The position numbers were made by a program, and so were the translations under genes. Under the pieces are notes generated by a model. It made no database searches. It was not told where the DNA came from and saw only the letters and a program-made list of their open reading frames with translations. A DNA stretch of 64,000 bases from a bacterium. GTDB lineage: Bacteria > UBA8248. Where the stretch lies: the NCBI GenBank assembly GCA_965207065.1, contig OZ242260.1, positions 1,728,001-1,792,000 of the forward strand. The letters run 5' to 3'. Shown piece after piece: positions 17,607 through 27,998 of the stretch; the stretch's first letter is position 1, and every line of letters begins with the position of its first letter.

Positions 17607-18302
17607 ATGGCGCGGCGCATGATTCTGGTGTTGACTCTGGGAGTTCTCGTCGGTCTGGCGGGCGCGCCCGCGTGGCGCTGGCTCGAGAGAAGCTTCTTCG
17701 AGAGCCTGCCCGTATACTCGCAACTACCTGATTTTGCGCTGCTTGACGCATCGGGGCGGAAGTTTGCGAGGGAGCGCTTAAGCGGTAAGGTCTGGGTGGC
17801 GGACTTCATCTACACGCGGTGTGAGGATACCTGCCCCTTGCAGAGCGTCGAGATGAGAAGGCTTCAGCAGGACTTCGCCGCGCACGAGGATTTCCGTCAG
17901 CTCTCCATCACCACCGACCCCGCGTACGATAAGGCGGCGACGCTGGCCGCCTATGCGCGCAAGTTCGGCGCGGACAGGGCGCGGTGGTTTTTTCTGACGG
18001 GTAAAGAAAAGGAAATCAAAGAGTTAGCGCTCAAGGGCTTTCGCCTGAGCTACGCCACCAAACGAGCCATGCGCTCTCCGGGCAGCATCGGCGGGCGGGC
18101 TTTCCGGCTTCTGCTACCCAGCGCGCACGCCCATCATCCCGGGCATGAAGAGGGCGGGAAGACGCCGGGAATCCTGATCTCCCACAGCTCGCGATTCGTG
18201 CTCATCGACAGGAACTTCACCATCCGCGGCTATTACCACAGCAACGACACGGAATCACTCGAGAAGCTGAGGAAGGATTTGAAGGTCCTGCTAAATAGTT
18301 GA
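17607..18302 (+). CDS. SCO1/SenC family copper chaperone
   Basis: N-terminal TM, FIYTRCEDTCP (CxxxC), SITTDP..D, HSSRFVLID...IRGYY. Confidence 0.92.
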   Translation: MARRMILVLTLGVLVGLAGAPAWRWLERSFFESLPVYSQLPDFALLDASGRKFARERLSGKVWVADFIYTRCEDTCPLQSVEMRRLQQDFAAHEDFRQLSITTDPAYDKAATLAAYARKFGADRARWFFLTGKEKEIKELALKGFRLSYATKRAMRSPGSIGGRAFRLLLPSAHAHHPGHEEGGKTPGILISHSSRFVLIDRNFTIRGYYHSNDTESLEKLRKDLKVLLNS

Positions 18303-18314
18303 TTTGTATATCAT

Positions 18315-19199
18315 TTACGTGGATTTCACCTCTTTGATCATTTCGGCGTAGCCCTCCCGGTAGGACGGATAGAGAAAGCGGTAGCCGCTGGATTTGAGCC
18401 TGGCGTTCGAGCACCTCTTGTTCGTCGCCGCGCGCGCGGAGGGTGCTTCACCGCCCCCGGTTTCACGCGGGTGCGGGACGCCCATACGTTCGGCCAGCCA
18501 AATCAACACTTTACGCCGGTCGGCGGGCTCATCGTCGACGCCGACGTATATCTCATCCGGCGCGTCCAGCTTCATGAGGTGGGCCAGCGCGCCCGCGCAG
18601 TCGTCGCGGTGGATGCGGTTCGTGAAGTGGGGCGGACCCTTGTGGACTACGGCCCGGCCCGCCCGGACGGAATCTATCAGGCGCGTGCGTCCGGGGCCGT
18701 AAATGCCTGAAAGACGGAGGATTGTGGCGGCGTAGCCACTCTCCAGCAATATCAGCTCGCCTTCCAGCAGGATGCGGCCCGCGTAATGGGTCGGCAGCGT
18801 GGGTGATTCCTCATCCACCCGGCTGCCGTCTGTTTGCGCGTAGACGGCCGTGCTCGATGTGAAGAAGATTCGTCTGGGCCTTTCTCCTTTATTATCAAGC
18901 GCTTTGATGAGATTTTTCGGGCCGTCGACATACGCCGCCCGGTAACCGGACTCGCCGCCGCCGCCCGAGGAGAGGGTGTAGAAGATGTAATCGAGGCCAC
19001 CTGGGAGGAGGCCGCCCAGGTCTTTGTCGTGAACGTCCGCGCTCAGCGGCTTGATGGATTCGGGCAGATTTTCGGGATTCCGGCGCATGCCCCAGACGAG
19101 ATGGCCCTCACCTGCGAGCGCCGCGCCGAGCGCCGCGCCGACATAGCCGCATCCTACGATGAGAACGTTCGCCATGAGGGGCCTGTTCTTTGAAATCAT
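18315..19199 (-). CDS. NAD-dependent epimerase/dehydratase (atypical SDR, YeeZ-like)
   Basis: GCGYVG Rossmann motif, TSSTAVY, LRLSGIYGPGR, NRIHRDD; true start may be ATG at 19175. Confidence 0.88.
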   Translation of the reverse strand: MISKNRPLMANVLIVGCGYVGAALGAALAGEGHLVWGMRRNPENLPESIKPLSADVHDKDLGGLLPGGLDYIFYTLSSGGGGESGYRAAYVDGPKNLIKALDNKGERPRRIFFTSSTAVYAQTDGSRVDEESPTLPTHYAGRILLEGELILLESGYAATILRLSGIYGPGRTRLIDSVRAGRAVVHKGPPHFTNRIHRDDCAGALAHLMKLDAPDEIYVGVDDEPADRRKVLIWLAERMGVPHPRETGGGEAPSARAATNKRCSNARLKSSGYRFLYPSYREGYAEMIKEVKST

Positions 19200-19204
19200 T
19201 CGCC

Positions 19205-20053
19205 TTACGGCGATTCGAGGGAGGGAACCTTGCCGCGGAATATGCTTTTCAGATGATGGGGCATGACGCGCAGACCGGCGTAGAACGGGCCGAACTCGCC
19301 ATACCAGACGCTGGCCTCATCGAAGCGCATTTCGTATACGAGGCGCTTGAATACGAGCGGGTCTTGCGAGAAAAGATACACCCCCCACTCCCAATCGTCG
19401 AAGCCGATGCTGCCCGTGATGATTTGCTGGACGCGGCCGGCGTACCGCCTGCCGACGAAGCCGTGTTCGCGCATCATCTGCTGACGCTCCTCGATGGGCA
19501 GGCCGTACCAGTTCTTCTCCTCGCCCCTGCGCTTGTTCATCGGGTAGAAGCACAGGTACCTCGTATTCGGGATGTCCATGTAGAGGCGCTCTTTCATGCG
19601 TTCTCGCTGGTTGTCCATCTCTTCGGACCATTTCGACTTCCACTCGTCGCTTCCCGGCTCGAGACCCTCATCGACGAACCGGGCGTGGAGTTTCACGGTC
19701 ATTTCGTAGAGGCCGAGTTCCAGGAACGATAGGTAGGACGTGGACTCGTCCATATATTCCGCAAGCGCCAGCCGCCGCAGCCCCAGTTCGACCTCATTCA
19801 GGGCATCGAGCGTGGGCCTGAAATGCAGGAACAGCAGATCGCCTTTGTGGCCCAACAGGCTGAACAGGGCGCTCTCGCCGGATTCGGGACGGGCGATGGA
19901 GGTGAAGAATTCCGTCGCTTCATCCAGGATGCGGTGCTGCCGGGCGCTCTCCAGACGGTTCCAGGCGGGCCAGTCGACCTTGAAGATATGGTGCAGAATG
20001 GCCCATCCATCGAGGGTTTCGGGCATCTTGGCGTCTTTTAGGTTCGGATTCAC
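19205..20053 (-). CDS. chdC: Coproheme decarboxylase / heme-dependent peroxidase (ChdC/HemQ, chlorite dismutase-like)
   Basis: ETLDGW.ILH, LGHKGDL, YPMNKRRG..NWY.LP.EER..MM.EHG..GRRYAG.V.QIITGSIGFDDWEWGV, YEMRFDEAS. Confidence 0.85.
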   Translation of the reverse strand: MNPNLKDAKMPETLDGWAILHHIFKVDWPAWNRLESARQHRILDEATEFFTSIARPESGESALFSLLGHKGDLLFLHFRPTLDALNEVELGLRRLALAEYMDESTSYLSFLELGLYEMTVKLHARFVDEGLEPGSDEWKSKWSEEMDNQRERMKERLYMDIPNTRYLCFYPMNKRRGEEKNWYGLPIEERQQMMREHGFVGRRYAGRVQQIITGSIGFDDWEWGVYLFSQDPLVFKRLVYEMRFDEASVWYGEFGPFYAGLRVMPHHLKSIFRGKVPSLESP

Positions 20054-20462
20054 AGTTTACTCCCGGAAAATCAATCATATCGGCCATAAGTCGGCTTTCA
20101 AAAGAGATACCCCAGAGTCCGCCATGTTGCAAACATCACGGCAGTGGGGTCGCTTGCGCTAGCGAGATGGATTTGCCTCTTCTGACGGCGGGACCTACGC
20201 TTTCATTCATGGCGGTATTCGGCTTGTTTGCGTAATGAATTCGGGTGAATTCCGAAGTCTGCCACCAAGAGGGTTGACTAAAAGTGAAAGGTGCATTACT
20301 TGAATGGATCAGGTGTTAGTTCCTGACGGTTCCGATCTGATTAGAAGTCATTTTTAAAAGGTTTTGCATCTGAAATCACAGATATTTCGTGTGCGAATGG
20401 TTGCGGCGCACGCTTTTAAAACAGTAGCTGCCAATCAGAAAAATTCTTTGAGAGGAGTAGGT

Positions 20463-21203
20463 ATGATTCCCAAACACTTTCAATTGTGCTGGATGTTTGC
20501 GGTGATGTTGAGCATCGCCTTTGCTGGATCGGCGAATGCTTACAAGGAAGGAAAAGTAAGCGGCGGAGGTTCGATTACCGGAGCGATCAAGTTTGAAGGC
20601 ATGGCTCCGAAATCCAAAACGTTATCCGTGAATAAAGATAAAAAAGTTTGCGGCAAAAAATCGATTAAGGATGAAAGTCTGGTCGTGAAGGACGGCGGCG
20701 TGGTCTGGGCCGTCGTGTCTTTGAAAGGCGTGAAATCCGGCAAGAAGTGGTCGAAAAGCCAGAAAAAAGCGACTGTCGACCAAAAAGGATGCGTCTACCT
20801 GCCCCGCGTGGTGGTGATGAAGCAAAAGTCGAAACTGTTGATGAAGAACAGCGACAAAGTTCTCCACAACGTTCATACCCATCCTGGCAAGACGGGAAAC
20901 TCGGTAGCCAATATAGCGCAGCCCAAGTTCAAGAAAAAACTGAGAATGTCGACACGCTACTTCAAGAAACCCGGCATCCTGAAAGTGACTTGTGACGTTC
21001 ATGACTGGATGAGGGGGTATATTGTCGTTGCGGAGAATCCATATGTGAGCATCACGGGCGGCGGGGGGAAATTCGAGATAAAAGACGTCCCCGCAGGCTC
21101 TTATACCCTCGAGATTTGGCACGAGGTTTTGGGCAAGAAATCCATGAAAGTGTCAGTGAAGGGTGGCGCCGCCACGGCGGTGAACGTTACGCTGAAAAAA
21201 TAA
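20463..21203 (+). CDS. Secreted protein with carboxypeptidase-regulatory-like / cupredoxin-like domains
   Basis: Signal peptide ending ANA, DQKGCVY.P, N.D.VLHNVH, CDVHDWM, VPAGSYTLEIWHE; GAGGAG RBS. Confidence 0.8.
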   Translation: MIPKHFQLCWMFAVMLSIAFAGSANAYKEGKVSGGGSITGAIKFEGMAPKSKTLSVNKDKKVCGKKSIKDESLVVKDGGVVWAVVSLKGVKSGKKWSKSQKKATVDQKGCVYLPRVVVMKQKSKLLMKNSDKVLHNVHTHPGKTGNSVANIAQPKFKKKLRMSTRYFKKPGILKVTCDVHDWMRGYIVVAENPYVSITGGGGKFEIKDVPAGSYTLEIWHEVLGKKSMKVSVKGGAATAVNVTLKK

Positions 21204-21219
21204 TTACGAGCCTAACACT

Positions 21220-21253
21220 AATAGGCGGCGATAATCTCATCGCCGCCTATTTT
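21220..21253. terminator. Bidirectional intrinsic terminator
   Basis: AATAGGCGGCGAT-loop-ATCGCCGCCTATTTT between convergent genes. Confidence 0.75.
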
Positions 21254-21274
21254 GTTAGGAATTGCAATTTCCGT

Positions 21275-22462
21275 TTATCCCTTTTTCCTGCCGGCCGCGA
21301 TCGCGTCTATCGCATTTGCTATCGAATCCATTTCATCTTCCGTGTTCAAATAATGTATGGATACTCTCACGGCGGGAGGCTCCGTTACCACCGCCCTGAG
21401 AATGATTTGGTATTTCCTGTAGAGTCTGTCCACCACTTTTTGAGATTCGACGCCCTGAATCCTAAAAGAAACCAGGCCAGACTGAGCATCTCCTTCAGGT
21501 GTAATGACTTCAACATTCTTGATTGGACGTATCTGGGACAGCAGGCGATTCGCCAGCGCCAGAATTCTTTTTTCGATTGAAATAGGTCCTGTTCTTTTGA
21601 ATTGTTCGACCGCAGTCCGAAATCCAATGAACCCGGGTGTATTGAGAGTTCCGACTTCATAGCGCATTGCGCTCGGCTCAGGGGTGAAAGACAGGGTTTT
21701 CAAACTCTTTTTTTGTGCTGAGCGGAAACTTGCAGATGAAAGCTGAATCTTTTTGCCTGCTCCACGCCTTATATACACGGCGCCCGTGCCATCCGGACCC
21801 ATCAGCCATTTCTGGCCTGATATGGTGTAGACATCTACGCCGGTGTCTTTGATTTTGACTGGTATATGCCCTACGGACTGGGCGCCATCCACGATGAGGA
21901 GGGCGCCTGCGGAGACGCAAATTTCTCCGATTGCTTCAAGAGGAAGTCTCCTGCCATTGAGCCACGTAATATGACTCACGCAAACCACCCTTGTTTTTAG
22001 CGTGATAGCCTTTTCTAAGTTTCTGAGAAGCTGGTCATCATTTTGACCGGTTTTGAATAGTTTCACCTTGATGGGATTTCTCTTCCGCCATACCAACCAG
22101 GGGAGGTAGCCGCCCGGATGCTCCAAATCCGAGACGATCACCTCGTCTCCTGGGTTCCAAGTTAGTCCTGCTGCCGCTAAATTGATTCCGACCGTTGTGT
22201 TGTTGGTCAGGGCTATTTCCGACACTTCTGCGCCGATGAGTTTCGCACAGCTCTCTCGGGTGCGTTTTAGGGCCTTGGAGGTTTCATTTCTGATTGTCGG
22301 ATGAAACGAGCCGAGTTCCAAATCGCGTTTTGTGAACTTGTCCATTTCACGAAGAATCGATTTCGACGATGGTCCTCCGCCACCCCAATTTACGTAAATT
22401 TGATTTTTTAGGGCCGGGACATCTGAACGCAGCCGTTGGATTTTATTATTATCGAGAGGCAT
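21275..22462 (-). CDS. Class V PLP aminotransferase (cysteine desulfurase / selenocysteine-lyase-like fold)
   Basis: NTTVGIN, SDLEHP, VDGAQSVG, SGQKWLMGP (PLP Lys), RYEVGT, RVSIHYLNT. Confidence 0.85.
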   Translation of the reverse strand: MPLDNNKIQRLRSDVPALKNQIYVNWGGGGPSSKSILREMDKFTKRDLELGSFHPTIRNETSKALKRTRESCAKLIGAEVSEIALTNNTTVGINLAAAGLTWNPGDEVIVSDLEHPGGYLPWLVWRKRNPIKVKLFKTGQNDDQLLRNLEKAITLKTRVVCVSHITWLNGRRLPLEAIGEICVSAGALLIVDGAQSVGHIPVKIKDTGVDVYTISGQKWLMGPDGTGAVYIRRGAGKKIQLSSASFRSAQKKSLKTLSFTPEPSAMRYEVGTLNTPGFIGFRTAVEQFKRTGPISIEKRILALANRLLSQIRPIKNVEVITPEGDAQSGLVSFRIQGVESQKVVDRLYRKYQIILRAVVTEPPAVRVSIHYLNTEDEMDSIANAIDAIAAGRKKG

Positions 22463-22485
22463 TTTTTATTCCTTATATAGGGATT

Positions 22486-24396
22486 TTATCTCGCGTCTGG
22501 TCGAAGCACTCTTTTATCTTCCACCCGCAGTGTAATCCGCGCAGTATCAAAATATTCAAGTAAAGGTATGGCGTGTTTTCTGGTTATACCCAGGAGATCC
22601 CGGAATTCGGCAGCCGTAATTTCGTTGTTTTGCGATAGATGCTCTCTAAGAAGGTTTTCTGCTTCTCTCAATGCGATCTGATGATAGATAATATTGTCCT
22701 TCAGTCGCAATAATGCACCCTGGTCGATTAGGATTTGCAGGGCATTACGATTCGAATTGCCTTTGCCGCCACTTTGTGAGAATGCGTCTTCGACGGATGG
22801 CGGTTGAAAATGGGCATTCTTGTAAACGGACTCCAGTTTCGTTTTCACTTCTCCGAGTTTTTCATCAATTTCTACTGAATGGGAGGCGAGTCTTAATATG
22901 GCGCCATTTTCAACGATTTCGTTTGATTCGCTTAAGTGTTTGAGTGCGGCGGCAAAGATTTTTTCATTGATTTCGCCCGCCTTACCGCGAACTTCTTCCC
23001 TGGGCGCCCCTGTGCGAAGAGGGTTCTCAGCATGATATTCACACAAAAAAGAGAGAATATTTTTCTGGGAGGTGTTGAAATGCGCTGTAGTCATGGAGAA
23101 AAAATTGGTTTGGTCGATAATTTGCACTTCTCTTTGGGACGATAATTCCTGAATGGTTTTCTGGATGTCGCTCGGCTTTAGTGTGAGACGACCTGTGAGG
23201 TCAGCAAGTTCGACTCCGTTCAACCGTGAGTCCCGGAGCAATATGAGCAGTCTTTCCGTCTCATCCCCTTGATGAAGTGATTTCAGGTGCTCCAGGGATG
23301 AACTCCGCAATCGCCTATGCTTGCGAGGCATTATATCCAGGATTTCCCCACCACCTATCGTGATGATTGGCGAATAGCTCCGGATGACGAATCGATCTCT
23401 GGGCAGTACGACAATAGGCTCCTCCAACCGAATTTGTGCAAATGAGCTATCTCCCGGTTCAAGCGCATCTCGTCCGATGAGAGATATCCTGCCCATGATT
23501 TCGGCTGTACCCGCATGGAACCGAATGCGGTTCCGGGTTTTCAGCGGGCGGGGCGCGTCGGCCAGATGTTCCAGATGCACGTCGAGCATATATGTTGTTT
23601 TCAGTTCACCACGATGACCGATGATGTCTCCTCTGAACACCTCGGCGCGTTCGAGACCCTGTAGATTCACGGCAGTTCTGAGGCCGGCAGTTGATTTTCC
23701 AACAGACTCCCCATGAACTTGCAAGCCACGAACGCGCGCCTGAAGGGCCTTGGGATAAACTTCAACCTGTTCTCCTACTGCCACACTTCCACTGAACAGG
23801 GTTCCCGTTATCACGACCCCGAATCCCCTCATCGTGAAGACGCGGTCAATCGGAATTCGAAAGATACCCGTTTCGCTTTTTGTGGGTGTTTGATCAGCGA
23901 TTTCGTTCAATATTTTTTTGAGATTTTCCAGACCATCACCGGTGTGAGCCGAAACCGGCACAATTGGTTTTTCTTCCAGGAATGTGTCTTTTACGAAGTC
24001 CTGTATGTCGTCCGTGACAAGTTCGACCCATTCCGGTTCGACCAGATCAGTCTTGGTGAGCACAATAAGGCCGGATTTTATGCCGAGAAGTCGACAAATC
24101 GACAAATGCTCCCTCGTTTGCGGCATGACGCCTTCATCGGCAGCAACGATCAGCATGACCAAATCGATGCCGCCGACTCCAGCCAGCATATTTTTTACGA
24201 ATCGCTCATGGCCAGGAACGTCCACAATACCTGCGTAGACGTTATCGAGAATCAACTCGGCGAACCCGAGTTCGATGGTGATGCCGCGCTCTTTTTCCTC
24301 TTTGAGGCGGTCGGTATCTGTGCCGGTCAATGCCTTGACGAGAGAGGTTTTGCCATGATCGATGTGGCCGGCGGTTCCGATGACAACATGCTTCAT
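22486..24396 (-). CDS. selB: Selenocysteine-specific translation elongation factor
   Basis: [37 protein letters not shown]-terminal winged helix [20 protein letters not shown]. Confidence 0.97.
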   Translation of the reverse strand: MKHVVIGTAGHIDHGKTSLVKALTGTDTDRLKEEKERGITIELGFAELILDNVYAGIVDVPGHERFVKNMLAGVGGIDLVMLIVAADEGVMPQTREHLSICRLLGIKSGLIVLTKTDLVEPEWVELVTDDIQDFVKDTFLEEKPIVPVSAHTGDGLENLKKILNEIADQTPTKSETGIFRIPIDRVFTMRGFGVVITGTLFSGSVAVGEQVEVYPKALQARVRGLQVHGESVGKSTAGLRTAVNLQGLERAEVFRGDIIGHRGELKTTYMLDVHLEHLADAPRPLKTRNRIRFHAGTAEIMGRISLIGRDALEPGDSSFAQIRLEEPIVVLPRDRFVIRSYSPIITIGGGEILDIMPRKHRRLRSSSLEHLKSLHQGDETERLLILLRDSRLNGVELADLTGRLTLKPSDIQKTIQELSSQREVQIIDQTNFFSMTTAHFNTSQKNILSFLCEYHAENPLRTGAPREEVRGKAGEINEKIFAAALKHLSESNEIVENGAILRLASHSVEIDEKLGEVKTKLESVYKNAHFQPPSVEDAFSQSGGKGNSNRNALQILIDQGALLRLKDNIIYHQIALREAENLLREHLSQNNEITAAEFRDLLGITRKHAIPLLEYFDTARITLRVEDKRVLRPDAR

Positions 24397-24444
24397 AAGG
24401 TGATATCGCCTTCGTGGTTGATAGGCGAGTAATGGAAAAATCGA

Positions 24445-25248
24445 TTAGTCATGACGTTGGATGAATTCCAGGATGGCCTCATTGAATTCAACCGGTTTCT
24501 CGATATATACGAAATGACCACCTTCATCAAAAATTTTCAATTCAGCCTCAGGGATGGCATCACACAATTGATGAGAATAGTACGGTGGAGTTACTACGTC
24601 GTCTCTTGCGACGGCCACCAGCACCGGACATGTAATTTGGCCTAAGCGGTCCAACTGATCATGCGCAATGATGCAGTCGATTCTCTCAGCCATTATCTCA
24701 GCTGGAGGCGCGTTGGCGATCGATTGGTTTTCCTGCATTTGAATTCCTTGAAAATTGTCGGTGAAAAACTTTGGGCTATGCAAGGTGAATGTGGAGAATC
24801 TCGTGTAAGTTTCCCATCCCATATTGAGTAAAACTTCTTTGCGTACGCTGAACTGGCGGGTGAAATATGCGTCGCTCCTGGGCCAGGAACTAACGATAGA
24901 CCCGCTTTTGACACGATCGTGATAGTCAATACACATAACCTGGATGATGGCGCCCCCCGTTGAACTGCCGACGAGATGCGCTTTTTCTATTTCAAGGTCA
25001 TCCATGATGGCGGTGATGTCTTTCGCCATGTTGGGAACGCTGTATACTCCGCTTGGTTTAGCGCTTTTCCCCGTTCCTCTGTGGTCATGAAGGATAAGAG
25101 GCCTCGTAGCAGAAAATGCTTCGATTTGATTTGCCCATACTGAGCGGATGCCACCCAGCCCGGTGATCAAGAATACAGGCGTATCGGTATGCTGGGGATT
25201 AATGAATTCGTAATCTATTGCAACACCTTCGGAATTAACGGTTGGCAT
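24445..25248 (-). CDS. Alpha/beta hydrolase (RutD/PcaD-like)
   Basis: DHRGTGKS, GSSTGG nucleophile elbow, DDVVTP, GGHF. Confidence 0.88.
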   Translation of the reverse strand: MPTVNSEGVAIDYEFINPQHTDTPVFLITGLGGIRSVWANQIEAFSATRPLILHDHRGTGKSAKPSGVYSVPNMAKDITAIMDDLEIEKAHLVGSSTGGAIIQVMCIDYHDRVKSGSIVSSWPRSDAYFTRQFSVRKEVLLNMGWETYTRFSTFTLHSPKFFTDNFQGIQMQENQSIANAPPAEIMAERIDCIIAHDQLDRLGQITCPVLVAVARDDVVTPPYYSHQLCDAIPEAELKIFDEGGHFVYIEKPVEFNEAILEFIQRHD

Positions 25249-25309
25249 CGGAATATTGCCCCCTGTTTTCGTTTTGACGAGAGAAATAAAATATAGACAA
25301 GGCTGTCGA

Positions 25310-26752
25310 CTAATTTGTGAATTCGTTGAGAATCACGCCAAGCTGATACATTTCATCTTCTTGAATACATCTCAGATCCAGAATTACTTTATCCTCATGA
25401 ATACGCGCCACTACCGGTGGAGTACCATGGCGCAACTTGGTTTCCAAGGATTTGGCGGAAGATTTTTTGGGCGATAATGTAACGGCGAAGCTATCGAGTT
25501 TCGCCAGGGGCATCGCCCCGCCGCCTACCATCCCCGAAGTTTCTTCCACCCTGGCGCCAAGCAAAGAACAAGTATGTTTCCCCATCAGATTCATCAGACG
25601 TTCAGCCTGTTTTTTCAGTTTTTCTCGGTTGGTGGACAACATTTGAAGAGTCGGGATATGGGTGTAGGCGGTATCCGGGTCGAGATATACCTTGAGTGTC
25701 GCCTCCAAGGCGGCGAGCGTAAGCTTGTCGAGCCTGAGAATGCGCATGAGCGGGTGTTTTTTCATTTTCTCCACCCATATCGCCTTTCCTACAACAATGC
25801 CTGCCTGTGGCCCACCAAGAAGCTTGTCCCCGGAGAAGGTAACGACATCGATTCCTGCTCGAATTGATTCTATGACAGTGGGTTCATGCGGAAGACCGTC
25901 TACATGAAGAAGTGAGCCGCTACCGAGATCTTCCAGCGTGGGTATACTAGTTTCTTTGCCTAGTTCAGAGAGTTCATCGCGAGATGCTTCTTCTGTGAAG
26001 CCGACAATCCTGTAATTACTTGTATGCGCTTTCAGCAGCAATGCCGTATCTTGGGTAATGGCGTTGCGGTAATCGGAAATCCTCGTTTTGTTCGTTGTCC
26101 CTACTTCTACTAATTTTGCGCCGCTTTGGCGCATGATATCTGGAATTCGGAATGAACCGCCAATTTCAACCAACTCACCTCTTGAAACGATCACTTCGGC
26201 GGCATTTGCCATCGTGTGAATCGCGAACATAACGGCCGCAGCGTTATTGTTGACCACTAATGCCGACTCCGCACCAGTAAGTTGGCAAAGGAGAGATTCC
26301 ACATCGGACCCTCTTTTACCTCTCTTCCCAAGGTGCAAATCGAATTCCAGATTTGAATATCCTTGTGCCATATTATTGAGGGCGGCTCTTGCGGCTTCAC
26401 TTAAGGGTGCTCGACCCAGATTTGTGTGTAGGACGATTCCTGTGGCGTTGATGACTTTTTTCAAGCCGAGTTGTTTATTCGAGGAAAGGATTTGTTTTGC
26501 TTCATCTAGAACGATATCGCGAATTGTTTGCTCGGACAGCGATGCGTTTTCCGTAGTTTTCGGGAAATCCTGGCTCATTTGTTCAAGCAGGAGCTGTCTT
26601 CTCGTTCCGATTGCTTTTCTGACGGCATCGGATAGGGCAGTGTCTGATGAGCCGTTGACACCGTCATCTTTAAGACGGGTAACGATTTCATCCACCGAAG
26701 GCAATAATCGAAGAAGCTTGGATTGAAGATTTCGAGCGTCTGGAGAAGTCAT
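25310..26752 (-). CDS. selA: L-seryl-tRNA(Sec) selenium transferase
   Basis: LPSVD, VINATGIVLHTNLGRA, VNNNAAA, SRGELVEIGGSFRIPD, EDLGSG, FSGDKLLGGPQAG. Confidence 0.97.
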   Translation of the reverse strand: MTSPDARNLQSKLLRLLPSVDEIVTRLKDDGVNGSSDTALSDAVRKAIGTRRQLLLEQMSQDFPKTTENASLSEQTIRDIVLDEAKQILSSNKQLGLKKVINATGIVLHTNLGRAPLSEAARAALNNMAQGYSNLEFDLHLGKRGKRGSDVESLLCQLTGAESALVVNNNAAAVMFAIHTMANAAEVIVSRGELVEIGGSFRIPDIMRQSGAKLVEVGTTNKTRISDYRNAITQDTALLLKAHTSNYRIVGFTEEASRDELSELGKETSIPTLEDLGSGSLLHVDGLPHEPTVIESIRAGIDVVTFSGDKLLGGPQAGIVVGKAIWVEKMKKHPLMRILRLDKLTLAALEATLKVYLDPDTAYTHIPTLQMLSTNREKLKKQAERLMNLMGKHTCSLLGARVEETSGMVGGGAMPLAKLDSFAVTLSPKKSSAKSLETKLRHGTPPVVARIHEDKVILDLRCIQEDEMYQLGVILNEFTN

Positions 26753-27035
26753 GCCGCATCCCTTATATGAATACGATTGTCGACTATAAGATTGCAGGTT
26801 TTGAATGGTCAAGTCGTTAATATCAAGGTTGGCTTAAGAGTCAATATTCTATGGATGGAGGTAATCGCCCGAAAGGGGGATGGGGGGATTTCCCCGATTT
26901 GAATTCATCTTGACACTCGTTGAACCCCTTGGTAGTGTTCGCGCACAAATCCCGGCATGCCTATGATTTTTAACAAGCTGTTTACATTTCGTTCAATTTG
27001 ATTTGTACTTTGAAACTTTAAAAGCAGGGTAGTAC

Positions 27036-27980
27036 ATGAACACCCGCCAGAATGAGCTTTCGATTTTCGTTCCTGAGAAAAATAAAGTTGTCGTTCCTTT
27101 TATGCGCGATGTTTTTACGATTCCCAGGAATTCTCGTCATAAGCCCAAGCTCATCGGGTCCGTCTGCAGGGAATGCGAGGAGTATTTTTTCCCGAAGACC
27201 GGCTCGAAAACCACTTGCGATAATCCCGTCTGTCCTCGCAGCACAAGCGAGGTGTTTTTGAGCGGGAAGGGAAAGCTTCTTTCGGCCACGATCACGCACT
27301 CTTCTGTAGATGGTAATGTGGAATATGCTTCTGCGGTCATACTCCTGAATGAGGGGATAAAGATAAATTCCCATTTGATCGGATGGGAAGGATATCGGGA
27401 CATGCTGATTCCGGGCTCTCCGGTGGAACTCGTGTTGCAGGATCTCGGAGAGAATGAATGGCGCGAAACGCAGGTGGGGTATGCTTTTCGATTGATAACG
27501 GGGCGCAGAAAACCCGTTTTCCCGCCAACTGAAGAAGAGAAACGGGCGGCCGAGGCGGCACGGGCGGAAAGTGAGAAAAGGTCGAAAAGACAACAGGCGC
27601 GGCAGAAGAAAGCAGCCCCTAAGAAAGCACAGGCGCAGAAAAAGCGAACGGCGGCCAGGAAAAAAGCCTCCGTTTTGAAGAAAAAATCAGCTGCCACCCC
27701 CAGGAAAACCGCTTCGGCGAAGAGCAAAGCGCAGAGTACACGGGGGAAAGCGGTTACCGCGAAGAAAAAATCGGCGGCGACGCGGAAAACGGCGGCGAAA
27801 AAGAAAACGAGCACCGCCCAGGCCGCGAATCCTGCGAACAGGAGCGCCACCGCCAAGAAAGCCGCTGCAGGCAAGGCGTCCCGGGCGAAGGCGCCTCAGA
27901 AAACAGCGTCCAGGAAAGCAGCCCCGAAAAAAACCACGCAGAAGAAAACGGCCGTCAAAACCACCAGAAAACGCCGCTAG
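27036..27980 (+). CDS. DUF35/ChsH2-type Zn-ribbon + OB-fold protein with a Lys/Ala-rich histone-H1-like tail
   Basis: CRECEEYFFP...CDNPVC, SGKGKL, GSPVELV; C-terminal ~140 aa of KKAA/AKKK repeats. Confidence 0.8.
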   Translation: MNTRQNELSIFVPEKNKVVVPFMRDVFTIPRNSRHKPKLIGSVCRECEEYFFPKTGSKTTCDNPVCPRSTSEVFLSGKGKLLSATITHSSVDGNVEYASAVILLNEGIKINSHLIGWEGYRDMLIPGSPVELVLQDLGENEWRETQVGYAFRLITGRRKPVFPPTEEEKRAAEAARAESEKRSKRQQARQKKAAPKKAQAQKKRTAARKKASVLKKKSAATPRKTASAKSKAQSTRGKAVTAKKKSAATRKTAAKKKTSTAQAANPANRSATAKKAAAGKASRAKAPQKTASRKAAPKKTTQKKTAVKTTRKRR

Positions 27981-27998
27981 AGAGCTCTCCCGCACCCG

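Noticed and set aside
26760-27030. selC tRNA-Sec next to selA
   Set aside because: No cloverleaf or TCA anticodon arm recognisable; no in-frame TGA selenoprotein spotted in the window either.
27137-27874. Phe/Ala-rich minus-strand ORF resembling a membrane protein
   Set aside because: Mirror of the Lys/Ala-rich tail on the plus strand.
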